This document shows, piece after piece, positions 55,413-64,000 of a stretch of 64,000 nt of DNA (position 1 is its first letter; each line of letters starts with the position of its first letter). Location: assembly GCA_002688265.1 (NCBI GenBank), contig NZCK01000014.1, positions 560-64,559 on the forward strand, given 5' to 3'. The notes below the pieces were generated by a model that saw nothing but the letters and a program-made list of their open reading frames with translations, did no database searches and was not told the origin of the DNA. The position numbers were made by a program, and so were the translations under genes. The DNA comes from an archaeon (GTDB lineage: Archaea > Nanobdellota > Nanobdellia > Woesearchaeales > GW2011-AR9).

Positions 55413-56144
55413 TCAAATTTTCGCTTGCTTCCACAAAATCCCAAATTGTTTTCTATATCCTTCTGCAACTAATTTATCTTTGATTAAAATTCCATAAGGG
55501 TTCTCAGTAAATATTGTAATTCCTACACAATTCCCAATAATTATTGTTTCTTGTAGTTGTTCAAACTTAGAAGATAAAAACCGGATATTTGTTAATTTCT
55601 TCTTATTCAATTCTTCTCCAAATGTTCTTATTGTTTCATCAAAAACTTGCCTACATTTAATCTTCTTAGAAATTCTTCTAGCATGAAGATTTTTCCACCA
55701 AGTTTCTCCCATAATATCTTGAGTTACTCGAATTCCTCCACCAAAAGTATTATACTCTCTACCTCCAGAATTCAACAAGGTATTATACAACTCATTTATT
55801 CCTCGTTTTCCCCTAAAAACTGTTGCTTGTTCTTCTTTCTTAGCAAGTTTTTGTTTTACTTTTAGTTCAGGCAATAATCTTTCAAACCTTTTCTTTTTAT
55901 CGTCAATAAAATTATAAAAATTCTCTGGATCAGTTGCAAGATATACTCGTCTTCTTCCTTCTAAAATAAAACTAATCAACCCTTTTTCAATTAAGGAGTT
56001 AAGAGCACGATGAACAACTGAATTTTGAAGTTTAGATTTCTTTAGAATCTGGCCTGCAGTTGTACTTCCTTCTTCCAATAAAGCCAGATAAACTTTAATC
56101 TCTGCTTGAGTTAAACCCAAATCTTCAAGAATCGTTACATCCAT
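55413..56144 (-). CDS. TrmB-family transcriptional regulator
   Basis: LGLTQAEIKVYLALLEEGSTTAGQILKKSKLQNSVVHRALNSLIEKGLI wHTH. Confidence 0.8.
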   Translation of the reverse strand: MDVTILEDLGLTQAEIKVYLALLEEGSTTAGQILKKSKLQNSVVHRALNSLIEKGLISFILEGRRRVYLATDPENFYNFIDDKKKRFERLLPELKVKQKLAKKEEQATVFRGKRGINELYNTLLNSGGREYNTFGGGIRVTQDIMGETWWKNLHARRISKKIKCRQVFDETIRTFGEELNKKKLTNIRFLSSKFEQLQETIIIGNCVGITIFTENPYGILIKDKLVAEGYRKQFGILWKQAKI

Positions 56145-56240
56145 AATTTACCAAATTACTTTAGTTATTTATAAAATTTATCTTTATAGTCTCAATTGAG
56201 AGGACAAAGATTATTATAATCAAGAGATTGCTACTCTCAC

Positions 56241-57170
56241 ATGACAATCAAAGTAGAAAGAAACGAAGTACTCCATGAACACACTACTTCTTTCAAAAAA
56301 GATAGTAAACTAGATCCTATTGATTTAACTGCAATGGGAATCATCAAAGAAGCCTTCCCAGGAATATTTGCAATCGGTCCAAAAGGGACAAAACTTCTAA
56401 ATCAAATCTACGAAGCCCTACAAAAATACGTTGTTCAACCATTGGATTTTGAAGAAGTTGTTCTTCCGAAAATGGCTCCAGTAGAGACTTTTGAAAAAGC
56501 TTCATTAGTAGATTTTCCAGATGGAAGACAAAGACAAAGTGCCTTTCCTTGGTCTTGGAACCAATACTTAATTGCAGCTAAGCCATTCGGAGAAACTAAA
56601 GGAGTTAAAGAAACTTACATTTGGGATCCTTTGCAATGCACAGTTTTCTACCAACTTTTCGAAGGTGAAACAGTAGATGTTGCAAATGGACCAATGAAAT
56701 GGTATGATCGTTCAGGTCCAAGTTATAGAAATGAAGATTTAGATTCTCTTTTCCCTGGGGTCAAACAGAGAGAATTTCATCGAGCAGAATTTATTTTCTT
56801 AGGTAAAAAGGAAGATGTTATTGAAACTCGAGAACAAACCTTAAAGCAACTAGAAGCACTTTGTCAAGACTTAAATTTGGGTTACAGAGTTGTTGTTGGC
56901 GGCTCTTGCCACAGATTAGAAGATCATGAAGTTCGTAAGCCAACAAGTCAGAGAGATATTCCTGTAAAAGATATTGAGATTTATTGTCCAGGTTATGGTT
57001 ATTTAGAAGTATCAGGTAATGCTATCATGGGCGATGTCTTAACTAAAAGATTTGATATTAAAGGAAGAGAAGGAGAAAAACTTTGGAGTGGTTGCAGTGG
57101 AATCGGATTAAATCGAATGATGTATGCGATTGTTTCAAACTACAGAACTAGTAATTTATCCTTTCCTTAG
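56241..57170 (+). CDS. stand-alone class II aminoacyl-tRNA-synthetase-like catalytic core
   Basis: Motif-2-like SYRNE...REFHRAEFIF and motif-3-like GCSGIGLNRMMYAI. 309 aa with no anticodon-binding or tRNA-binding extension. Confidence 0.65.
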   Translation: MTIKVERNEVLHEHTTSFKKDSKLDPIDLTAMGIIKEAFPGIFAIGPKGTKLLNQIYEALQKYVVQPLDFEEVVLPKMAPVETFEKASLVDFPDGRQRQSAFPWSWNQYLIAAKPFGETKGVKETYIWDPLQCTVFYQLFEGETVDVANGPMKWYDRSGPSYRNEDLDSLFPGVKQREFHRAEFIFLGKKEDVIETREQTLKQLEALCQDLNLGYRVVVGGSCHRLEDHEVRKPTSQRDIPVKDIEIYCPGYGYLEVSGNAIMGDVLTKRFDIKGREGEKLWSGCSGIGLNRMMYAIVSNYRTSNLSFP

Positions 57171-57311
57171 CTTCCTCAATCAAAACGTCCAACTCTTCAA
57201 AACTATCAAAATAACAAGTTATTGATCTATTCATGAAAAGATTCCACCTATCGCTTGCTCCAATAATTACAACGTTCATAAGTCAACGAAACAAGAACTA
57301 AAATAATAAAT

Positions 57312-57833
57312 TTATCTTCTCTTCCCAGCTTTTCTTTGCAAATGTCCATGCACTTTTCTACTTTCTTTCTCATTATTAAAGAATAGAACATGCTTGCGAG
57401 CCTTAGTTAAGATATAAGCTCCTAAAAAGAAATGATCAAACTTATGTAAAACAATATCTGCTAATGCTACTGTTTCTGTTGCAATTTTTTTACCATTCTT
57501 GAATCTTGTTATTCTAAGTTCCTTATTTGATAAGTTATATTTTTCTTCTACAGAATGAATTCTTTTTACAATCGATGAAATTACAAAATATAATGAAACA
57601 AACAAAATTGCGCTTAATGCTCCACCAAAAAATTGTTGTTCAAATTGATGATACATATACCAAAAGATAAAAACTGCAAAAACCAGTAAAGCAAACATCT
57701 CGATGCGAAGGATATGGAGCTCGCGCGTAGGAAATTCCCACTTCAAACCTGCCTTAGCTGAACTTGAAGCCTTTGTTTTCTTTTTCACTACTTTCCTTTT
57801 TGTATTTTTGCGAGCCGCCATAAACTTCTCCAC
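57312..57833 (-). CDS. hypothetical membrane protein (basic N-terminus, 2 TM, small C-terminal domain)
   Basis: Hydrophobic hairpin FALLVFAVFIFWY / ALSAILFVSLYFVISSIV. Confidence 0.5.
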   Translation of the reverse strand: MEKFMAARKNTKRKVVKKKTKASSSAKAGLKWEFPTRELHILRIEMFALLVFAVFIFWYMYHQFEQQFFGGALSAILFVSLYFVISSIVKRIHSVEEKYNLSNKELRITRFKNGKKIATETVALADIVLHKFDHFFLGAYILTKARKHVLFFNNEKESRKVHGHLQRKAGKRR

Positions 57834-57901
57834 CTCTTTTCCTCTGGGGTTCTTCTCCCTTTGGCAATCTTGATATTTCTAATTAATTCTTTTTTTCAAT
57901 A

Positions 57902-58105
57902 TTAACCCTGTACTGGTGCTTTTGTCATACTAATCAATGATGCTATAAACATTAAAACAAAAACTAATCCAAATGCAAATCCAAACTTTGTACTTTGTGG
58001 ATATACCCAGTAAACAGAAATTACAAATCCTAAAATTGCTGTTACCATAAACGAAGCACTAAGCGGTACTGCATGCCAACGTCTATCCTTTTTTCTTGCA
58101 ACCAT
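57902..58105 (-). CDS. small 2-TM membrane protein
   Basis: 67 aa with two hydrophobic helices. Confidence 0.4.
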   Translation of the reverse strand: MVARKKDRRWHAVPLSASFMVTAILGFVISVYWVYPQSTKFGFAFGLVFVLMFIASLISMTKAPVQG

Positions 58106-58283
58106 TAATTAAACACCAAACTGTTGTTTGTATCTTAACGATTCTGTAATACACTTTTGCTTATAAGGTTTTCTTAAAATTGACGACAAAAAGGCTTATT
58201 TTACCTCTTAAAAAATAGCATTTAACAAATTCATTTTTTTCAAAAAAAATAATATTAGCGCCACCAATTTAGCTAAAAAAATT

Positions 58284-59471
58284 CTAAAACACATTCTCTT
58301 TCATAAATTTCTTTACTTGTTTTTTTGCTACCTTTCTTTTTTTATGATGTGATTCTAAAAACTCAGTGATTTTTTCAACTAAATACATTTTCATTTCTCC
58401 AGAAAGCATTTCTCCAGAAAGATATTTTTTTCTCAAATCTTCTAATTTAGAATCATCAGATTCTAAACCAAACTTAAGCATTTGAAATGCCACATCAACA
58501 TCAGGGTTTCCGCCTTTCTTTCGGTGTTCTTCAAGAGTTGCTCTTCCTCCACTAAATGCATACTTCTTAATTTTACGAGCTGCTTCTTTTGGATCTTCTG
58601 AAAGTGCAATGTAAGATGTTAGGTCTGATGAAGACATCTTGCCTCCTTTAAGGCCAAATGCAAATTTGTGATTCGTAGAACTTAATTGAATAAATTTGTG
58701 CAGTTTACATCTCTTAGCCAAATCTCGAGCCAATCTTAAATGTGGATCTTGATCAGCACCCACTGGAACAACAACAGGAAGAGGTTTCCCTTCAAATTCA
58801 GGGAGTTGTGGGTGCAACATGTCTGCTGCTTGCAGAAGTGCTGCTGCCATTTTTCCAGGACTTACATCTCCATAAATTGCTTTAAATTCGTTGTAGGTTA
58901 CGTGCCGAGCTAGCATACTTGCAAGAGAATAATAAGAATTAGATTTGGCCCCATCAAGCGAGCGTTTTGATTGAAAATAAAAATCACACTTACTAAGATC
59001 CAATCCTAAAGCCACATAGTTTGTGAGATATTCTTCTAGTGCCACTTTATGCAGTTCTTTAAGATTATCTGACCTAGAATTATAAGCTTCAATATCTGCT
59101 ACATTCAAATAAACTTTGGCCCCCAATTTTTGGTAAAAGATTACTTGATCTGCCACCATCTTGTGCCCAAAGTGCATTTTTCCAGATGGCATTAGGCCAG
59201 TCATCATTACAAATGGTTTTTTCTCTTTAATTGCTTTTAATATTCTCTCAAAATCACGGTGAGCAAACACTAATCCTCTTCGAAATAAAACTTCTTTTTC
59301 AAAAACAGCTGGCAATTTTAATGAAGACATTGATTTTAGTCCAAAGTCTTTAATCAGTTTGTTATAATTTATCTTGCCTTTAACTTCCCAAGGAGTAACT
59401 TTAGCTGCCACTTTATTAAATAGTATCTTCTTCTTGCTTTTTAAGCTTTCTACTTCCAAACAAATCTTCAC
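58284..59471 (-). CDS. trpS: tryptophanyl-tRNA synthetase (archaeal/eukaryotic type)
   Basis: VTPWEVKGKINYNKLIKDFG N-terminus, HIGH-like GKMHFGH, KMSSS loop, AHRD motif. Confidence 0.88.
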   Translation of the reverse strand: MKICLEVESLKSKKKILFNKVAAKVTPWEVKGKINYNKLIKDFGLKSMSSLKLPAVFEKEVLFRRGLVFAHRDFERILKAIKEKKPFVMMTGLMPSGKMHFGHKMVADQVIFYQKLGAKVYLNVADIEAYNSRSDNLKELHKVALEEYLTNYVALGLDLSKCDFYFQSKRSLDGAKSNSYYSLASMLARHVTYNEFKAIYGDVSPGKMAAALLQAADMLHPQLPEFEGKPLPVVVPVGADQDPHLRLARDLAKRCKLHKFIQLSSTNHKFAFGLKGGKMSSSDLTSYIALSEDPKEAARKIKKYAFSGGRATLEEHRKKGGNPDVDVAFQMLKFGLESDDSKLEDLRKKYLSGEMLSGEMKMYLVEKITEFLESHHKKRKVAKKQVKKFMKENVF

Positions 59472-60673
59472 TTAAAGAATTTTGCTAACTTTGCACCTTT
59501 CTGCACACCATAATTAGAACCTAGGCCACCAACACCATATATCAAATCTGGAACTTCAAGTAAACGCTCATAAACCATCCTACAAATAGGATCTCCATGG
59601 CGCAAAATTCTATCTTTCTCAAAACTTCTTATTTCTAGTACTGCTGCATTTCCTTTACGAATTTTTGAAGTTTTTTTACCAAACAGTTTTGCTTTAGTAT
59701 TCAATTTTGTTTTTTGGTGCCAACCAAATCCAGGATCAAAAAATCCAGCATAGTGGGCTCTAAATTCTCCTGCGGTAGGATCATAAATCATCATTACTCC
59801 ACTAAATCCTGGCTCAATTGCTCTATCCTCTACGTTTCTTCCTCGAACGAATGGGGGGAAAGCTACAAATTCTTTAGTTACATAAATCCCAAACTGACCA
59901 TGCGGCACATGTAAAAAACCTTTTTTAGGTTGAAGTATTGGTTCCCAGAATTCAGAGATTGGATTGTCTAAACGGTTCATAAATACTGGCCTATGGGTGT
60001 GTTTAGCCCACCACCCTATAACATCATAACTTTGTAAATCTAATGTCAGCAAAGTTCCAGGCAATTGAGAGGTGATGCTTGGGGGAGTGTTGGTTCCAGT
60101 TTTGTCATAGACAAAACCATGAAGTTCCCCCAGCATCTTGGTCTCTAGGTAATCTAGTGTCGCTTCTCCGCTCCGGAAACGAAGTTGCATGACAGGTATT
60201 CCAGATTCAATGTATACTCTAAAACTGTTTGAAACAACGTAAATGTAAATATATCCTTCATAACCCCGGGGAATAGTATCAAATAATTGTCCACCATCAA
60301 CTACTGTTCTGGTGTGTAGATCAATTCTCCCAATAGAGGATTTAGGACTAGCTTCAACTTTGATATCAGCATCTAGTTTTACTCTAACTGCACTTCGAAT
60401 GAGATAGGTTGCTCCTTTCTCTAATATTGCTCCTTTGCTTAAGTTCAATGCTGGGACTAAAGGTACCCTATATTTTTCAATTATTTCAGTGACTTTCTCT
60501 CCTTTACGTGGCAGAACCACTCCTTGCATTTCGTATGCGACGTCTCCTACTGGAAGGTCTATGCTTGCTGGTTGAATGTGAGGATAAAGGTTCAAATTAG
60601 AACTAATTCTTTTAGAATCCACCATGCTTCGTAATAGTTGGCTTGGCAGTACACCTCCCTTATTCCACCCCAT
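59468..60673 (-). CDS. long-form dCTP-deaminase-like protein (two-domain DCD family)
   Basis: IQPASIDLPVGDVAYEM motif. About 400 aa rather than about 190. 4-nt overlap with trpS. Confidence 0.65.
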   Translation of the reverse strand: MGWNKGGVLPSQLLRSMVDSKRISSNLNLYPHIQPASIDLPVGDVAYEMQGVVLPRKGEKVTEIIEKYRVPLVPALNLSKGAILEKGATYLIRSAVRVKLDADIKVEASPKSSIGRIDLHTRTVVDGGQLFDTIPRGYEGYIYIYVVSNSFRVYIESGIPVMQLRFRSGEATLDYLETKMLGELHGFVYDKTGTNTPPSITSQLPGTLLTLDLQSYDVIGWWAKHTHRPVFMNRLDNPISEFWEPILQPKKGFLHVPHGQFGIYVTKEFVAFPPFVRGRNVEDRAIEPGFSGVMMIYDPTAGEFRAHYAGFFDPGFGWHQKTKLNTKAKLFGKKTSKIRKGNAAVLEIRSFEKDRILRHGDPICRMVYERLLEVPDLIYGVGGLGSNYGVQKGAKLAKFFK

Positions 60674-60749
60674 GTGACTATCACTAAAAACTCTGCTTAA
60701 AAACTTTCACTAACTAAAAAACAGATAATCCAAGATATACAAACCAGAA

Positions 60750-61844
60750 CTACAAATCCAAAACCACTGCTTTCTTCTTCAAATCCAAAGACTTAACCTT
60801 AGAAAGCTTCTCCAATTCTTTCTTGATCTCATCCCAACTTTTAGTCTTCTTCATAGCTGCAACTACTTCTTGCAACTTAGCGATATCAGAATACTTCTCA
60901 TAAATTAACTCGCCCTTTAGTGAATTCTGTTCAATCTCCTTCTCAATTAAAGAACATGCTTCTTCTTGCTTTTCAATAATTTTCTCGATTCGCTCAATTT
61001 TCTTCAAGTATGGAGAAACTTTCACAAGTGGATTCACTAAATCTAAAGCTGAGCTAAAAGATTCTTTTTCCTCAAGCAATTTCTCTGCTTTAGAATTTAA
61101 TAGTTTAACCGCAGAGATTTCTTTTTCAAAAACATAACCTCTAGACACTTCCAACTCTTTTTTCAAAGTTGTAAGCTCCAAAAACATTTTCTTGATCTCT
61201 TTTGTTGAAACTTCTTTAATTGCTAATTTTGCATCTATTCCTGAACGAACACAAATTTCTTCTGCAAAATTTCCGCCTAAACCAATTTCTGTTGCAAGTG
61301 CAGTTGCTAAATTTTTCTTATCACTATTCAAAACAACTTTTGCAAATTCTGCCTCATTACATTCCTTCCAATTAAACAATGATTCAGGAAACTTGTACTC
61401 TTGTTTCATTTTAACAGCCCCGCTACGACGCAGCTGCCAACTTTGGAGTGCCAAAATCTTCCAATTTGAATCACAGAGAACTACATTGCCTTTAGAGAAC
61501 AATTCTACAATTAGATGAAACTTCTTATCTTTCATAATCAAATCAAAAATAATTATTCTTTCACTTCTTCGCTGCCAAACCTTTTCTATAACAGCCCCAC
61601 TAATGTGTTTACGAAGTAGCATAGTAAGTCCGCTTGGTTTCAAACTGCTTCTTTTCTCAGAAGCAAAGTTGATCATCTTCCCTGCAATAATCCGCATGTA
61701 CTGTTTCCCTTTACCAGGAACATGAAAATGTAGACAAAATTCAGTTTTTGAAGGGTGATAAATCTGCTGCAATTTTGCACGCACAAGTACTTGAAACTCC
61801 CTCTCAAGTGCAAATAAGTCAACGGACGATAGTGTTTTGTTCAT
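60750..61844 (-). CDS. NFACT-N (Rqc2/FbpA-like) protein, short form
   Basis: N-terminal NFACT-N pattern (LSSVDLFALEREF...IIFDL...HLIVELFSKGNVVLCD) followed by a coiled coil. No NFACT-R/C region. Confidence 0.7.
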   Translation of the reverse strand: MNKTLSSVDLFALEREFQVLVRAKLQQIYHPSKTEFCLHFHVPGKGKQYMRIIAGKMINFASEKRSSLKPSGLTMLLRKHISGAVIEKVWQRRSERIIIFDLIMKDKKFHLIVELFSKGNVVLCDSNWKILALQSWQLRRSGAVKMKQEYKFPESLFNWKECNEAEFAKVVLNSDKKNLATALATEIGLGGNFAEEICVRSGIDAKLAIKEVSTKEIKKMFLELTTLKKELEVSRGYVFEKEISAVKLLNSKAEKLLEEKESFSSALDLVNPLVKVSPYLKKIERIEKIIEKQEEACSLIEKEIEQNSLKGELIYEKYSDIAKLQEVVAAMKKTKSWDEIKKELEKLSKVKSLDLKKKAVVLDL

Positions 61845-61923
61845 AATAGATCAAAATATCATTTTCTTTAAGTAAGTTTCTTTGGAGACAACTTTGCTAA
61901 ATTCACAAAAAATCCAGGGAAAG

Positions 61924-61933
61924 TTTATAAATA
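61924..61933 (+). promoter_or_regulatory. TATA box for the murein-hydrolase-like gene pair
   Basis: TTTATAAATA ends 30 nt upstream of the ATG at 61963. Confidence 0.45.
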
Positions 61934-61962
61934 AGAGAAAATACTACTAGAAAGTAGTTAAT

Positions 61963-63078
61963 ATGGCTAAAAAAAGAAAAAAACAAGGTTTAGAAGATCG
62001 ACTTAAGTCTAGTGCTATTCAGGTAGGAAAGAGTTTACAGAACGGTGTTAACTCTTGGGGCCCTTACGCTCTAGCTACAATAGCAACAGCTGCTGGTCTT
62101 GAATCAGCTATTGACAATTATGGAGCCATTCTTAACACTCCTGAACTAGTTGACACTGTTGCTTTTTATGGTGGGCTTGGTGCTTTAGCTACATTAGTAC
62201 TAAAACCAATTCATTCAGACAGTTTATCAAATTTTGCAAGGAGTATTGGAAATGCTGTTTACCGTGGCGTTACTAGAAGCAAAAAAGATAAATTCAGATA
62301 TGATACAAAAAGAGATACTGAAAAGAAAAAAAGAGATTTTCAAAAGAGTGCTATTAAGAAAAATATTCGCTCAGGAATACTAGCAGCAGGCCTTACTGCA
62401 ATGTTATGTGTACCTGGTTTTAAACAACATGCCAAATACGCTATTGGAGATGTAGCAGGAGATGTTGCAACTGTAGCAGAAGGCATCCAAGGTTTACTTG
62501 AAGACAAAGTAGCTATTTCTTCAAATACAAATTCAGAATACAACAATATGTTTGAAACTTTAGAGTACAAAGATAGTACTTGGGAAAGTAGAGCTGTTGG
62601 CTTAGCTGACACCATTCAGGCTAACAAAAGTAAGTACAAAGTTGTTGAGAGAAAAACAGGTGTTCCTTGGTATGTAATTGGGGCAATTCACATGCGTGAA
62701 TCTAGTGGTAGGTTTGATACTTACTTGCACAATGGAGAAGATCTTGGAACTGTTACTAAAAAAGTTCCGAAAGGAATTTTCTTTACTGATTGGAACCAAG
62801 CAGCAATTGATGCGCTTGAGCGTCACTTTACTAATAATCAAGGTAGGTTTGGAACTCTTGAAGCTGTAGAACGTTACAATGGAATTGGTGCAAGAAAAAG
62901 AACTTGTGATGGTAACCCTGTTCCAACACCTTATCTTTGGAGTGGTTCGCAACATTATGAAACTGGAGACTATGTTGCAGACGGAGTCTTCAAATGTGTT
63001 CCAGACAAACAAGTTGGTGTAGCTCCAATTCTAAAAGCTATGATCGCTCGTGGCCACATTAAAGAGGTTGAATTATGA
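61963..63078 (+). CDS. membrane-anchored lysozyme-family (muramidase/transglycosylase-like) protein
   Basis: Basic N-terminus and about 3 hydrophobic helices. The C-terminal domain has GVPWYVIGAIHMRESS, ERYNGIG and PYLWSGSQHYETGDYVADGVF. From memory this resembles the bacterial COG5526-type lysozyme family. Confidence 0.65.
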   Translation: MAKKRKKQGLEDRLKSSAIQVGKSLQNGVNSWGPYALATIATAAGLESAIDNYGAILNTPELVDTVAFYGGLGALATLVLKPIHSDSLSNFARSIGNAVYRGVTRSKKDKFRYDTKRDTEKKKRDFQKSAIKKNIRSGILAAGLTAMLCVPGFKQHAKYAIGDVAGDVATVAEGIQGLLEDKVAISSNTNSEYNNMFETLEYKDSTWESRAVGLADTIQANKSKYKVVERKTGVPWYVIGAIHMRESSGRFDTYLHNGEDLGTVTKKVPKGIFFTDWNQAAIDALERHFTNNQGRFGTLEAVERYNGIGARKRTCDGNPVPTPYLWSGSQHYETGDYVADGVFKCVPDKQVGVAPILKAMIARGHIKEVEL

Positions 63079-63722
63079 GAAGAGATCGTAAAAAATCTGG
63101 TAAACGTGGACTAATTGCGATTCTTGGATTAAGTGCTTTTATTGGAATCAGTGCACTTCTTGGAAAAGACATTCAAATTCCTGGCCCATCTAAAGGTAGT
63201 ACTGCAAAGAGAATTGTTGACGAAACTTTAGAAGAGTACGAAAGGTTTGGGAAAGGTAAAATCAAAGAATCAAAAATGTGTGATCTTATTGAAGACACTT
63301 ATTTTCCTGCAGGTAATGGAGATGGCTTTTCTTGCACAGGAGACGCTTGGTCTGCAGCTTTTGTGTCTTATGTAATGGATGAAGCAGATGTAGACTTTCC
63401 TGGACATTATCGTCATTTAACTTATTTTACCACTATTAGAGATAATCCTCGTTCTTATGATTGCCAAACAGAAACAATGTCGAAAATATCAGATATTGAA
63501 CCAGGAGACGTCTTATGTGGAGGAAGGTCTGGAAGTCAGATTGATTATAATATCTCTCATGGTGAAAAAAGAAATTCTCATTGTGATGTTGTCATCAAAA
63601 ACCGAGAAGACTCCTTGTTAGTAATTGGTGGAAACGTAGGACATTCAGTAGAATCTACAGTCATTCCTAAGAGTGATCTAGGTAATTCAAAATATTTTGG
63701 ATTTATCTCTTGCGACGATTAA
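63075..63722 (+). CDS. signal-anchored DUF2272 / NlpC-P60-like putative peptidoglycan amidase or peptidase
   Basis: N-terminal signal anchor. Motifs FSCTGDAWSAAFVSYVM and HCDVVI...VIGGNVGHSV. ATGA overlap with the upstream gene. Confidence 0.6.
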   Translation: MRRDRKKSGKRGLIAILGLSAFIGISALLGKDIQIPGPSKGSTAKRIVDETLEEYERFGKGKIKESKMCDLIEDTYFPAGNGDGFSCTGDAWSAAFVSYVMDEADVDFPGHYRHLTYFTTIRDNPRSYDCQTETMSKISDIEPGDVLCGGRSGSQIDYNISHGEKRNSHCDVVIKNREDSLLVIGGNVGHSVESTVIPKSDLGNSKYFGFISCDD

Positions 63723-63736
63723 ATATTTTCTAAATT

Positions 63737-64000
63737 TTATGATGCAACTTTAGCAACATGTCCATCATTCAACCTAAAAAACACCAAACCTATTGCAACC
63801 ATAACTAGAGCAACATAAACCCCTGCATACTGATGAAAACTAGTTAGATAAGCAGTAAGAAGCATTGCAATTATTTGCACTTTTCCACCAAGCATACTTT
63901 TCAAAGACAATGCAGTTGCACGATGACTTGATTCAATGTGTGAATTAAGATAATCTGAAATAAGTGGCCTTCGAGACACACTCATAATAAACACCAAATA
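63737..64000 (-). CDS. partial membrane protein (C-terminal fragment; the ORF runs off the window)
   Basis: The reading frame stays open to the window edge. Hydrophobic helices IIAMLLTAYL and VYVALVMVAIGLVFF. Confidence 0.5.
   Translation of the reverse strand, partial: YLVFIMSVSRRPLISDYLNSHIESSHRATALSLKSMLGGKVQIIAMLLTAYLTSFHQYAGVYVALVMVAIGLVFFRLNDGHVAKVAS

Noticed and set aside
57140-57271. 43-aa minus-strand ORF (MNVVIIGASDRWNLF...EEAKERINY) in the spacer after the aaRS-like gene. It could be a gene remnant.
   Set aside because: It is too short, overlaps the 3' end of 56241-57170 and has no motif beyond a vague Rossmann-like start. I cannot distinguish it from chance.

Overview
AT-rich archaeal chromosome segment. 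Archaea-specific markers are r-proteins L14e, L34e, L19e, L32e and S4e, plus Pelota, aRF1, PAN, Nop5, NAC, Sec61beta, Rpp29 and an RNase P RNA. The core is the ribosomal-protein superoperon on the minus strand, running L3 to L15 then secY (about 34.5 to 19.2 kb), with a tail of DUF106, L34e and L14e. Around it are housekeeping genes: pelota, pheS/pheT, PAN, MscS, aRF1, an ABC transporter, secD/secF, MinD, NAC, trpS, a dCTP-deaminase-like gene and an NFACT-N gene. Not in the ORF track are an RNase P RNA (about 53720-54066, minus) and a 59-aa Sec61beta gene (52716-52895, minus). I saw no tRNA, rRNA, CRISPR array, transposase or integrase. The compact gene set, lipobox-type surface proteins and bacterial-type inserts suggest a small-genome (DPANN-like) archaeon; this is inference only. 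Best novelty candidates: (1) a six-gene co-directional cell-surface module at 756-7924. It is built from one repeated two-module acidic beta-sandwich unit: three lipobox paralogs, the same ectodomain fused to a polytopic membrane protein, a pilin-like class-III signal-peptide protein, and two GC-richer inverted-repeat RNA-like elements between cistrons. (2) An overlapping pair of membrane-anchored bacterial-type murein-hydrolase-like genes at 61963-63722. (3) A stand-alone class-II aaRS catalytic-core paralog at 56241-57170. (4) A duplicated, divergent but coding-conserved pelota 3' end at 9113-9299. (5) Substituted slots in the conserved secY-adk-DUF106-cmk-L34e-L14e-cbf5 tail. All family assignments come from motif recognition by eye and need HMM or structure confirmation.
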